Shown piece by piece: positions 25,611-37,570 of a DNA stretch of 64,000 bases. A program made the position numbers and the translations under genes. The stretch's first letter is position 1, and the number at the start of each line of letters is the position of its first letter. The stretch is from Moniliella sp. 'wahieum' (taxonomy: Eukaryota): assembly GCA_003971905.1 (NCBI GenBank), contig RSEE01000041.1, positions 62,001-126,000 on the forward strand, given 5' to 3'. The notes beneath the pieces are model-generated. The model was given only the letters and a program-made list of their open reading frames with translations, was not told where the DNA came from and did not search any database.

Positions 25611-27063
25611 GAAACGGGTGAGGAGTCTCGGGGGGGCGTGGTAGTGGTAGTGGCGGGGCGGGAAGGAGACACCGAAAGACACACCCGCCTCGGGGCCAAT
25701 ACAGCAAGCGTTGGACGACAGATGGGGTGGGGTGGGCGTAAAGAGAGAGAGGGAGAAGTGAGTGGTGGGGATGGGAGGGCGGGCTCAAGGGATGACGCGG
25801 ATGACGATGATGGATGAGGAGGACAAAGCGCAAGGTTGAGGCAGTGGAGAGGAGTACAGCAGAGTACCCGCCCAGGGGTATACCACTGTGGCGTACCCCA
25901 GAGTGGGGCCTGAGCGTCTGAGCCTGAGGCTTGTCTGAGGGCCAAGCAGAGCACATCCAGCTAGGCTGGCAGGGGGCTGGACTGCACAACCACACAGGTC
26001 TGGCGCCTAACCTTAAGCCTTAGTCTGGTCTCAGGACGAGGTGGATGAGGCCGATGAGGCGTAGCGCGTCAGCGTCAGCGCGTCCGTCAGATTGCGATCG
26101 GCAGGTCTTGGGGTGTACCCGTGATTAATGATTGACGAGTGATTAATGATTGATGACTCGACCCTCGCACCCACGACGGACAAAACGCGGCGACTTGTCT
26201 TGGCAGCGGGGAATGAAACAGGATGGAGGGCGTCGGAGATGAGATTCTGGGGCTGGCTACCAGACAGTCCAGTAGGCTGGACCTGGCTGGACTAGGGAGG
26301 GCTAGCAAGGTTTGGTAATTTAAGGCCGGTAACATGTAACAGGCAGCCGGTATCAGGCCTCAGGGCCTCAGGATCCTAACTGGCGCCGATTAATAATTGC
26401 TTCTGACATGGAGCTTGGAGGTACGGCAGTGGCTTGTTGTATACGGCAGGGTACGCTACCCCATGGTCCCCCAACCGAGCGCAGTGTCCCCCTGATGTCC
26501 CTAGTGTCCCTCTCTCAGATCTCAGTCGTTTCCAGCTCCCCCTCGGCCTCTCTGTTGGGTCCGTACACTGGCGTTCCCCAGGGTCACCGGTCACTAGCTC
26601 CTGCTCACTCTCGGTGGTCGCCGGGACGGGCCAATACATCAATTCGTTTCAAACTGCGTAACCCCGGTAACAGGCAACCGACTATGCTGACGCAATGCTT
26701 GAAGTTAATGGATTCTGATGGATTGTCGGCCCCACCGGGCCCCACTCAGCCAAGCCAAGCCAAGCCAAGCCAAGTCCCAGCAGAGCCCAGACCAGCTTGC
26801 CAGTTTGCACCATCCTCTTCTTCCTCTCTCTCTATCGATGATGAGCCGCGCCGAACGACGCTGCCCGGCTTCCGCTGAGCGCTGAGTACTGAGTGACGCA
26901 CCAGCCGATGTGCATGTGATGACTCCACCGCAGCAGCACACTTCATCACACGTGTCACACGAGCTTACGTCAGTCACTTGCGCTTTTCGATTCTCCCTCG
27001 TTCACTCGCAGTGACTCGCGACTGTAGGTTGGTCTCCGCCCTTATTCTATGTGCCTCCCCGTG

Positions 27064-27850
27064 ATGAATGTCAATGTGCGCCATCGCGTGGACGACAAGT
27101 ACGTTTGTAGCGAACGAGATGCCGCTCCGCTCGAAACCAAGGTCGACGCTCGTGACCAAGTTGGTTAGGTACGAGTTGGGTGCGCAGACGCAGGTTGACG
27201 AAACAGAAAACGAAACCGAAAACGAGCGCTACATGATCAATGGCAAGCGCGAAGCTGGTCGTCTACGCAAGTGTTGGACGTGTTCATGGATACGATTGCT
27301 TTTAGGGTGCATGCAAGATCCCAGAGCCCGACCTGCAGTGGTTGTCAAAGGCCCAGAAAGCCTAATCGATAATCCGTCGTCCCTGCAAAGCGTGTGGTGC
27401 TGCCGACTGGCCGACATGCGGCACCAACTCACCGTATTCATGATCAACACCGCCTTCCAGGCGCAAACAAGGGTTCAAGGGAGGCAGCAAGGACGGCAGC
27501 CCCCATGTCGGAGACGAGGAGGAGGAGAAGACGTGAGAGGTACCTTCTCCACTGGATCGGACGATGGAGATGACGAAGCAAATGGCTTCGGATGGAGCTA
27601 CGTTGTCATCGGCCAACGGTGCTGCGACCTGCAGGAAACCCACCTGAAGGCGCTCTTGGGTGGCTTGGCGCGTTTGGCAGGTATGGAACACCCGTCGGTC
27701 GTCCCGCTTGGGGAGCCCAAGCTGTTGCTGCTGTTGTACCAACGGGACGTGATGGACGATGGTTATGAGCTTGTCGAGAACTACGAGGGCACACAGATGC
27801 GGCAAAAGCATGTCGACAAGAACATCTCTAAGAAGGTGCTCGTTCTGCTG
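27064..27850 (+). pseudogene. TIF5: Decayed, internally deleted eIF5 (translation initiation factor 5) pseudogene
   Basis: Colinear eIF5 motifs across frames: VNVRHRVDDKY, MPL/LETKVD, TK..YELGAQTQVDE..ERYMING..AGRLR, LDVFMD, CKIPEPDL, CKACG, DMRHQLTVFM, then W2-domain HLKALLGGLARLAGMEHP..PKLLLLLYQRDVMDD..KHVDKNISKKV. FYRYKMP and GNGIKT segments are damaged or missing. Confidence 0.85.
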
Positions 27851-28291
27851 CACCGTTTCTGCGGTGGCTCAAAGAGGCCGACGACAACGAGTCGGGGGAA
27901 GAGTCAGTGGCGGGTAACTTGGTAGCGGCCACAGGTGTGCGTGCTGGACATGGCTCATGCGCTCATGCCCCACCCATCTGGATCTAGGATCTGATGGGGC
28001 CTCATCGATCTCATCGGCATCTATGATCGCCCCCCCAGGCGGCCAGCACGCTTGAAGCGCACCTGGGCCGACTAAAAAGAAATTGAAATGAAATAATCCC
28101 ATTCCGGCTGGGAAGCTGACGATGGATGACCTCAGTTTGGGCGCTGGGCGGGGCGGCCATTGTACATCCCTTCTGCCGCTCTTCCATCCACAAGGTTCAG
28201 GAGGGGTATCCACGTCCCCTGCCGACCGCCCCGCCTGGAAAGCCCGTTTGACCTCCGACTTACCTACTCTCCACCTTGTTCCTGCAGCACC

Positions 28292-28924
28292 ATGGCGAAC
28301 CAGGTACGTGGTCCTTCTGGTCCGAAGGCGCGGGCGCGAGCGGCAGCAGCAGGCGGAGGCAGCCTGCGCTCTCTCTCTCGAACGGCAAACCGCAGGATGC
28401 AGGGGGACTAACCTTGTCTTTGGGCACTCTTCTGTTGTTGTTCTTCTTCTTGTTGTGTGTGTTTCGCAGGACCCACCTAGGTTAGAGTACGCCGAGCCGT
28501 CTCCGTTGACGACGGGGAGAGCTGATTGAAGTCAAGCCCAGTCGGTGGGCCGAGTACTATGCTGCGATCAAGCAATTTCGCCCATTGAGGACGCCAAGAA
28601 CTTACCAAGATGCCTTGTGCGGCGAGCTCGATGTTGATGGGATGACGGGGGGTCGGTGTTTGGGATTACGTATTTACCGGCAGGCCGTTACCTTCGGCCA
28701 TGCGCTGGAGTGTGTCGGGCTTTGCGTTTGTGTCGATTGCGATGCACTACCAGTGCGAGCGTGACCGGATCCAAGAACGTAACCGAATGCAGTTCATTGT
28801 CGACCAACTCAACCAGGCCAGTCACGGCAACGCAACCTCACCACAGGGCACAATGCCGTGGCTGGTCAACGGCAAGAGGGCGAGTAACCAGGCACAACCA
28901 CCGGGCCTAGGCGGCCTGGGCTGA
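28292..28924 (+). CDS. COX20: Cytochrome c oxidase assembly factor Cox20-like
   Basis: ATG GCG AAC CAG | intron 28304-28469 (GTACGT..CTAAC..CAG). Then, with frameshifts, IEDAKNLTKMPCA..GGSVFGITYL, WSVSGFAFVSIAMHYQCERDRIQERNRMQFIVDQL: two TM segments and the PC...C cysteine pattern of Cox20. Confidence 0.7.
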
Positions 28925-29450
28925 GGGCCTAAGACCTGACCTCTGCTCCGTCTCGCTTCGTCTAGCAAAGCCAGCGCTACGAGTTTGGCTGAGGCCTGAC
29001 CTGGCCTTCGAAAGCATCCTGCCACTGCACCTCTCGTGGGCATATTGGTGGGATACCCAACATACATAGTGCACCGACGATCATCTGTGCCGCGAGTCGA
29101 GCGCACGCATAGGTGGTTCTGGGCAGGTAGGTGTGCTTGCGCTGTTCTGGACTCTCTGGCCGGTCCGGGCTGGGTTGGAGACCTCTGTCCGTCTGGCGAG
29201 TGCGAAGGTAGATGCCTCGATCACGCCGCAGCTGGGGTGACGGGTGAGCAGGGGGGCGTGACCGGTGATGGGTGCTGAATGTGCGGTGACTTTCGCGTTC
29301 CGCCCGTTCCGCCCGCTGTTCCGCCCCGTTGCTGTCTGGCTGGCAACTTCTAAACGGGGTTGTTTTGGGGGGGGGGGCAGAGCAACGCGGCGGCCATCTC
29401 CCCTTCCACCTCCACCTCCACCTCTGCCTGGCCTCCACCTCCTGGGCGGC

Positions 29451-32400
29451 ATGACGGACGTTTGGCTGCCGCGGCGGCTTGCCTATGCCCCCTTCCAGCT
29501 GCTGGCGCCCGTGGATGCGGATGCGGAGGCTGCTGACGCGACGTTGATCAGTGCTCATCCTGCCTCTGCCCATCCTCGGTCGATGTGGCGACGCTCTTGT
29601 CCCGCTGTCCTTCGCTCGCTACTCCGCACTCGGACTATGCTGCGCATGCGGCGTCAGCTCCCGTTCCAGCTGCCCATTCTAGTGCGCCACCGGTTGTGCT
29701 TGCGCGTGCAGTGGAGGATGCGACTGTGCTCGAGCTGCGGTGGCTGCCTTCGCGCCTGACTGTGCCGGTGTCCTCGACGTCGGTCGCTTCGGCAGGCACT
29801 TGGCATGTGCCCTACCCTTCCTCTTCCCCACGCTTATTTCAGTTCCCTGCGCCCCTCTTGCCCGGCATGGCGATCTTCTTTGACGAGCCCAGTGCTACGC
29901 TGCAAGTACTGGCGGTGACCCTGACGGGCTACCTGTACCGCCTTGCCTTTACCTCTCCTGATTACTTTTCCCCCGATGCGCTTCCTGATGGCGCGCTATC
30001 TGAGTTCTGCATTGCCCATACCGATGTGATTGACACGTACGGTCAAATCTTCTCGCGTTGTCTCCCTGAGCAAGTCCATGTTGTCGACCCCGGTCTGGTG
30101 CTCGTGACCTGCACCGATGGCTCGATTGTCAAGCTGGAACAGACTCGCTCCTACCATTCTTCGTCCGGGTTTGAGAGTACGTGTTTTTCTTTCTTTGTGC
30201 TCTCTCGTCTTTCGTGCGGGATCATGTGCGCTGACTGATTCATGGCATGGACTGATGATTGATGATTGGTTGTTTTTGTTTCTTGTTTCCACCAGACTTT
30301 TGGTCCGAAAGCGTTCTTCACCCAGGCTCGGCACTTGGCAGTCTGGCCCGCATCTTTTCTCGCAAGCCTGCGTTGGGGGAGCAGGACGCCACGTCGCCCT
30401 TGCGCGCTCTGAGCGTGACGAGCTACATTAGTAAAGAGGTGACACCGTTGGCGTTTGCCGTTTCCAAGGACCGCAAACTACGTGTGGGATCTGATTTCCA
30501 ACACGTGTGTCCGAGTCCTTGGGCTGCCCACCAGTGCCCGTGCCCACCTCTCCCCCGAGGGAGGGGATGGATCGGACGGCACAAGCCACGTGTTTGGACC
30601 GCAAGCCAAGCCGCTCGTTTCCGTCCTTGGCACCTCAGCTTCGACGTTGCATCTCTTGGTCCATGTGCCTGCTACGGGTGGTGCGAGCAACTTTTTCGTG
30701 CTGTACGAGATGCAGGTGGTGCAGGCCAAAGGTCATGGCCCGAGCAAGGTAGGAAGTATCGAGCCGATCTGGACGGGCGAGTGTGCCCGGTACGTGCTTT
30801 GTCCGAGGTGGAGCTGCGTGACGTGGCGCTGGTGCAATTTGGCTCGGCGGGCCTGCGTCTATGGGCAGTATGGGACGACTCGGGCAACCCGCTGGTCAAG
30901 ACGATCACAGTTTTGGAGGAAGTGTACCACGAAGCAGACAATAGCACCTTGTCCATTGCGGCCAACTCGGGTCCTGCCTCTTGGTCCACGGTTCACGACG
31001 CGCGCTCCTTTTTGCCTCTGCACGGCAGTGCGTTCGAGCTCGCCGTATCTGCCGTCCCGGACGGGCGGGAAGACTTGGCCGACTTTTTCTTGGAGCGCAT
31101 CTTTGATGCCGGGCGCTTTAGTCAGCGGTCGATCGAAGCTGCGCTGGCCAAGTACGAAGAGGGACTGTTACGCGTGCTGGGACCGGACACGCTGCCACCC
31201 GAGTTACAGGAGAGCATGGCGTTTGATACGTTGCGCGACCACTGCTTTAATGTGGTAGGCTCGTCGATTGAGCTGGAAACCGATCCGGTCGGGCAACTCG
31301 CTCGTACCGCAGTACATGTCGGCGTTGCGACGCGAATGGATGCGGTTCGTGGGGTACATTGAGAGTTTCCAATCTGCGGCCCGGTGGCCACTTGGGTTTG
31401 TGCGGCCTTCGCTGCCGCACCCGCGCAGCGCGCTGCGCAGCGCGCCTGCGCTCTTGACGCGCGACTACTTTGTCACGGCGGCGGTGGAGGATGCCGGGTC
31501 AGCTTGGCTCCGGATCGCAAGCCAGATCGATGCGGGCTACCCGGACAGTTCCTCCGTTGGCGCGCAGCGGCGCAATCGTGAAACGGCACAGGCTGCAGCC
31601 GATGAAAAGGCCTACCTTACCAGCGCATCTCATTCGGCCAGCCTTTCGCGCTCGCTCTTGGCCCGTTCCCCGTTAGAGGAAAATGGTGTTCCTCTGTTCT
31701 TGTTGATGGAGTCGACCGTCTCGTTGGCCCACAGCACGTCCGCACCCCACCTCCTTACGTTTTGGCGTGAGTTGGACGCTCGCTTTTCGGGTTGGTCACC
31801 CAAACTGCAGAAGATCAAGTGGCGGCAGTTTGGGACGAAACGCTTACCGAGGTGGTGACCGACGACGCGTTCCGGTTTCTGGCCGAGACGTGTGACAAGA
31901 TCCAAGGGGTGGAAGCGGCTCTGACCGCCTGGGCCGACTTGCTGCGAGACCAAGGTGGACAGGACGATGTACCGACGTCGACGGTCTTGGCTGCGAGCCA
32001 AGTGGACTCGCTCTTGCTCACCGACTCGCTGACGACAGTGCTGCGAGAACGCCAACGAAGCGCAGGCCTGTTGGTCTTTGTGCTAGCTTGTTTGTGGTGT
32101 CGAACGGGCTGGAGGGGTTGGTGCCTTCCTTGCCACGCTTGTTCTCTCGTGCCCTATCGACACTCCAAGCCACCCATGCCCTGCTCGAAGCCAGTTCCCT
32201 AGCGGGCGCACCCAACATTGCGCCGCCCGCGGCGTTGTTGCCAGCGGAAGAGGATGTGGCAGATCAGCTGGGCATGATGCACGTCTCGTCCGATAACGAC
32301 CGTGCCCGGTCCGGGTCCGGCACTGTCTCCGTTACACTATGCTGTACAAAAGTCCTTGCTGCCCGCGTCGTTTGTTGCCGTCGTGCCCGACCCTTGCTCG

Positions 32401-34667
32401 GCTTGGACCGCCGATCTGATTCTGGGCAGCAACACCTTGGCATTGTACAGTTACTTGGTCGGGGGGACGAGGCGACTGCGCCAGCGCACCCTCACCGTCT
32501 TGACTGAGCCCCTTTCGCTCCTGGCCCAACATGGCTTCAAGCAGGCTACACTTCGGCTGCCGATCAAATTCTGATGGCCTTCCCCACCTCGCTTGCTGGC
32601 ACGTACCTCTCTGCCGTATCGCTGCTGCTCCACGACGAGGCGGAGGAGGAAGCGGTGGCGCCGGGCGAGGTGACGTCCAAGTTTGATGCGGTTGGTACGG
32701 CATTGAGTTCGCTCGATGCGTTGGCGGACGATGCGAGTGGGCTGTTGGCGGTCGTACCTCCTCCAGTGGCCAATTTGGTTCCCTACGACGCTTCGGTCGC
32801 ACTGTACTTTTCGCACTTGTCCAGCCTCTTCTTGGCGCTGGAGCGTCCGGCCGAGGTGGCGTGGTCGGGTGCCAAGGCGTTGGCTCTGCTCCATGCTGAC
32901 GCGAAGCAGGAACTGATCGAGGCTGGGGCATGACGAAGCAGGCATTGAAATCGGTCGTGTCCGACTTGTCCTTTAGCACGTTCCGTGCGCAAGTGCAGCT
33001 ACGGGACTTTGGGGGGCGTACAGACGATCATGGCGAGTGGGGACAAGTTGTTCAAGGGGGAGTGTATTCATTCTCTCGTCACGGCCATGTGCGAAGCTGG
33101 GGAGGCAGCCACGCTACTCCGGTTCAACTTTTCGGGCTTACAGGCCGAAGTGGAAAAGACACTCAACTTAAAGCGCGCAACTCCAACCCGTTTGCCACGC
33201 CCAACTACTTTCATCTGCTCTACTCGTACTTTCTCCATCGGGGCGACCTCAAAGCCGCAGCAGCCGTCATGTACCAGCATGCGCATCACCTCGCCGAGCA
33301 GTACGAGCGACAAGCTGCCACGTCGGCCCAGGTCGCCATGGAGTTCGCCTCGACTGCCGCGGCGCAAGCGGAGAGCCTGCTGTGCTCGCTCACTGTCTCG
33401 CTCTCGTTCCCAGCCACGACGCGTGGTTTGCCCATGCCACCGTGGGGGTGCGAGTTCGGTGGGGGGTGCGCCCTCGCCCTCCCCCTCGGCTTCTCGGCAG
33501 GTGTGGGAGGCGACCGAGCGATCGGGTGGAGCGACGGGGTGCGCGACACGTGACGCAGTATGTGCCCGAGTCAGAGTTTTGTCCGACCAGTGGTCCTTTG
33601 GAACTGGTACGAATCGAGGACATTCGCAAGGAACGTGCATTGCTCTGTGCACGGTTGGACTTGGCCAAGCAGTACCCTGAGCTGGCTGCGCCGCACGCGG
33701 CGCTAGCCCCGGCAGATGCGGTGGCGCTGTATGTGCGCGCCGAATCGTTTGATGCGGCGCTGCGGCTGGCGCGGGTGCTGGAGGTGGATACGAAACTGGT
33801 GTTCCAAGCTCTGACGCTACGTGCGATCAAGTTGAGTCTGCTGGCCAAGGACGGCAGGCGGACCTGCGCGCAGCCGGGATCGAGGCGGACACAGCGAGTG
33901 GCACGGCATTCGTTCAGCTGCGGGAAGAAGTAGAGACGCAGCAGTGGGACGAAGCGCGGTTCTTGGTCGGCTCGGAACTGAGCAGCACTGGACCGGCGCG
34001 CCGAAGACAAGGCGTGGCGGTACCTACGTCTACTGCTGAGCAATACGACGGAAGAAGAGCGAACGGGGTACTACCAAGTGGTGCTGTCGCATGCGCTGGA
34101 CCAAGGAGTGGAGGCTGAAGCGGTGCTGCCGCGCTGGCTGACCTCGTGGTTTGCGCTCAACAAGCCCGACCTGTTGATCCGGAGCTACATGCGGGTGGGG
34201 TGGGTGCAGCGTGCGCTCGAGGCGGCCCTGGCATTGGTACAAGCGCCGCTGGGCACGGCGTCGCTAGCCCTGGGCTCGGACCAAGCGGCGTTGGCAGCAC
34301 GCGCGACGGACGCGTTTGTGCCGTACACGTTGCTGGACGAGCTGGTGCACGAGGTGGAGAACCCGGACCCGCTCGTGCCCGTTTCGGGGGGGCGGGGGCA
34401 GGGGTGGATGTGCTGGCGACGCGGACGCTGGCGCAGCAGCTGCGCGCGGCGGCGGAGCGTCTGGAGCGGCTGCGGCGTCTCCAGGAGCGGCGCCAGGCGG
34501 CGTGGCGCGCGCGAAACGCGAGGCGTGAGGCGGAGGGGCGAGGCGGCCGAGGGCCCAATGGAACGACGCGGATTGATCGCATGGCGTGTGGTGTCCTGGC
34601 GCCACGGGTTGTGTTTTGTAGCGCGCAGAGGGGAGGGAAACGACATAGGCACACACGTCTTCGGTAG
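29451..34667 (+). CDS. NUP160: Nucleoporin Nup160/Nup120
   Basis: About 5 kb of chained ORFs: LQVLAVTLTGYLYRLAF, AFAVSKDRKLRVWDL, LLRFNFSGLQAEVEKTL..ARNSNPFATPNYFHLLYSYFLHRGDLKAAAAVMYQHA, LPRWLTSWF..PDLLIRSYMR, FVPYTLLDELV. One intron near 30177-30295; many 1-nt frameshifts. Confidence 0.85.
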
Positions 34668-35023
34668 TTGTCACAGCGTCCGTGTCACATCGTAGAGCGG
34701 GGACGGGAGGCCGATGGGTGAGGGGAGTGCGGTGATAGCACGGTCGATCGCTCGCCGATCGCGACACTGGCGCACTGCGGCTGCTGCGGGAGCGTGCGCT
34801 TGCCTGATGCGGCAGGCAGAATCAAGCTTGCATCGATTATCGCACTCCATCACCCGCCGCCACCACTGCCCCCGTGCCCGCCGCACGCCCAATCGGCCAC
34901 CCCGCATCGGACTTGGGCGCCCCCCGCACGGCGGCGGTGTGGGAGTCGGCTGCCCCATCCTCGAACCCACGCCGCTCGCCCGCCTCCGTCTCTACCCCAC
35001 CACCACCCCCCCCTGCGCCCGCC

Positions 35024-36640
35024 ATGCGCAGCCACCTCGCCCGCGCCCTCGCCCGCGCCCTCGCCCTCACCGCCCTCCTCGCGCCCCTCGCCGCCGCCCT
35101 GCCCTCGCCCCCGACGCGCTCCTGCCCCTCGCCGACCGCGAGCCCCGCGGCGTCCAGGCCATCCGCCGCGTCTCGCCCCCCCGCTCCAACAAGGACCTCT
35201 ACCCGCCCCCCCGCACCGACCCCTTCTACCTCGCCCCCAGCAACATCAGTCTCTACAAGCCCGGCGACGTCATCCGCAGTCGTGTTATCCAGCCAGAGTA
35301 CAAGGTCTCCGGCGCCGGCCGCACCTCCCAGATCCTCTACCGCACCACCCACCCAGGGCCACCCCTCCGCCACCGTCACCACCGCCATCGAGCCCGCCAA
35401 AGGCTCCCCGCCCCAAATGATGTCCTACCACATCTGGGAAGACTCGACCAACCGCGACTGCGCCGCGTCCTACACCATCCTTCTCGGTAACGAAGCCCCC
35501 AACGTCTTGGTCCTCGGTCCGTATATCTACCTCTTTATCCTTTCTCCTTCTCCTTCATGCCTCTCGCCCCCTCCAGTTGGGGGAAAAAATGGGGCTGCTG
35601 CTGACCGACAGATATGATGCGTTGCTGCCTTGCTGCCTTGCTTATCTGCTACCTCCTCCAGGCGACGATGTACCCGTCTGGTTCGACTTTTTGTTGTCCA
35701 AGGGCATCACCGTTGTCATACCCGACTACGAGGGCCCCAAGTCGGCGCTGTTTGCAGGGTTCCAAGCCGGCTATGCCATCCTCGACTCGGCCCGTGCCGT
35801 GAAAAACTACCTCCATTGGCCCGCCGACGCCAAGGTGACCATGACGGGCTATTCCGAGGGTGCGCACGTCACCTGCTGGGCGGCCAACTTGGCCCCCTCG
35901 TACGCTCCTGAACTGAACATTGTTGGTGTCTCGCACGGTGGCACGCCGATTGACATGGAGCTGACGTTGCGTCACTTTGACAACACGTCCTTCTCTGGCT
36001 TCACGCTTGGAGGCATGCACGGTATGATTGCCGCGTATCCCAAGTTCAACCGTACCATCACCCAGCACGCTCAGCCACGCGTCCTCAATGACCTGGCTAC
36101 CATTTACAAGCCGCCAGTCTGCCACGCCATCTTGCGTGGCCCACAATTTGCCAACATTCCGTACATGGAGATGCTCAATCTGCCCAGCGGGGATCCCTAC
36201 AACGATCCGGTCGTGCGCGCCGTGCTGAACCGCGAAACAATGTGGAACAACAAGTCGTCGGTGGGAGTAGGGTACCCCAAATTCCCCGTATGATCTACCA
36301 AGGCCGGCACGACGATGTGATTAGTTTTGATGCGGTGCAGGCCTATGTCACCCAGCAGTGTCAGCATGGTGCCAACATCCAATTCAACATTTACGAAGCC
36401 AATGCGCACACGGCGCCGCAGTTGGTGATTGGTGGTGACCTGAACGCCATGGCGTTCACTCTACAAGTACTGGGCATTGATGGACAAAAGTTTGTCCCTG
36501 TTCCCTGTGGCTCGCCTACGCCTACGTTGCTCAACTTGATCACCTGGGGGATCGACGAGTTGTTGGGCGGCGACATTCTTGGTGCGTTAGCAGCGCTCTG
36601 GAACGAAGGCCAGGAAGTTCTGGGCAGCATTGGGTTTTAA
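35024..36640 (+). CDS. Secretory lipase (LIP / CalA-like family)
   Basis: Signal-peptide-like start MRSHLARALARALALTALLAPLAAA, DPFY, QILYRTT, EDSTNRDCAASY, VVIPDYEGPKSA, ILDSARA, nucleophile elbow GYSEG, GGTPID, IYQGRHDDVI, C-terminal His motif (EANAH). One probable intron around 35.5-35.66 kb. Confidence 0.9.
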
Positions 36641-37570
36641 CTATCCCACCGCTCTCTGTACCTTTCTTGTCCTATCCTGTCCTGTCCTGTTCCATGTCCT
36701 GTTCCATGTCCTGTTCTATGCCCTGTACCGTCTTGCCTTCTTTCCCAAGACGACCCGATCCCCCCTTTCCCGTTCTCTGTGCACCTTCACCCAAAACGCC
36801 CTTGTTATCCTCGTTTATCCACTCTTGCACCTTCGCACCTGTTGATTCTTTTGGTTTTCGCTTGGTTACGCTCTTCTTACGCTCTTCGTTCCTACGCGCA
36901 CGCGCCTTATCGATCTTCACTGTCTTTCTTCTTGTGGTCGTTTATCTCCCTGTATTCTCTCAGTCCTTCCACCCTCCACCCCCTCACCCCACCCCACCCC
37001 CTCTCCCGCCGTTTCTGCGCGGGTGGTACTCTACCCTGTTGGTTCTCCTGTGCCGCCTCCCGTTCTGTTCTGTTTTGTTTTGTTCCGCTGCGTTTCCTGT
37101 TTACGCGGACTTGGTTGCGTTGTTTGTTACCCTACTGTCGCACTGTCGCACTCCTGAGTGCCTATGCCTGTGCTGTGCCTGTGCCTGTGCTGTGTCTGTG
37201 CCTACTGTGGAACCCACTTTTTTGTATCCACGAACGAGTAGTTGTTGGTCGAGGGTAGATGGGTTCTTGATTTCTTCCTTCTGCCAATGGTACCCCCTTT
37301 GGTTACCCCCTTTGGAGATGGCTATGACTATGGGTATGGGTATGGGTCCAGTTACGATAGGTGGGTCTGCGTATGCGTATGCGTATGCGGATGCGGATGT
37401 GTTGTCTTGCATCCGAATCGCCCTCGTCGCTCCGTAAGTTCGGTCCCACCCGCCGAGGATGAAGTGTATGTGCAAAAGACAAAGGGACAGAACAGGGCAG
37501 GGCGAAACAACCCATCCTATCCCAACCCAGCCGGACCACACCTCCGAACTCCGAACTCCGAACTCAAAAC

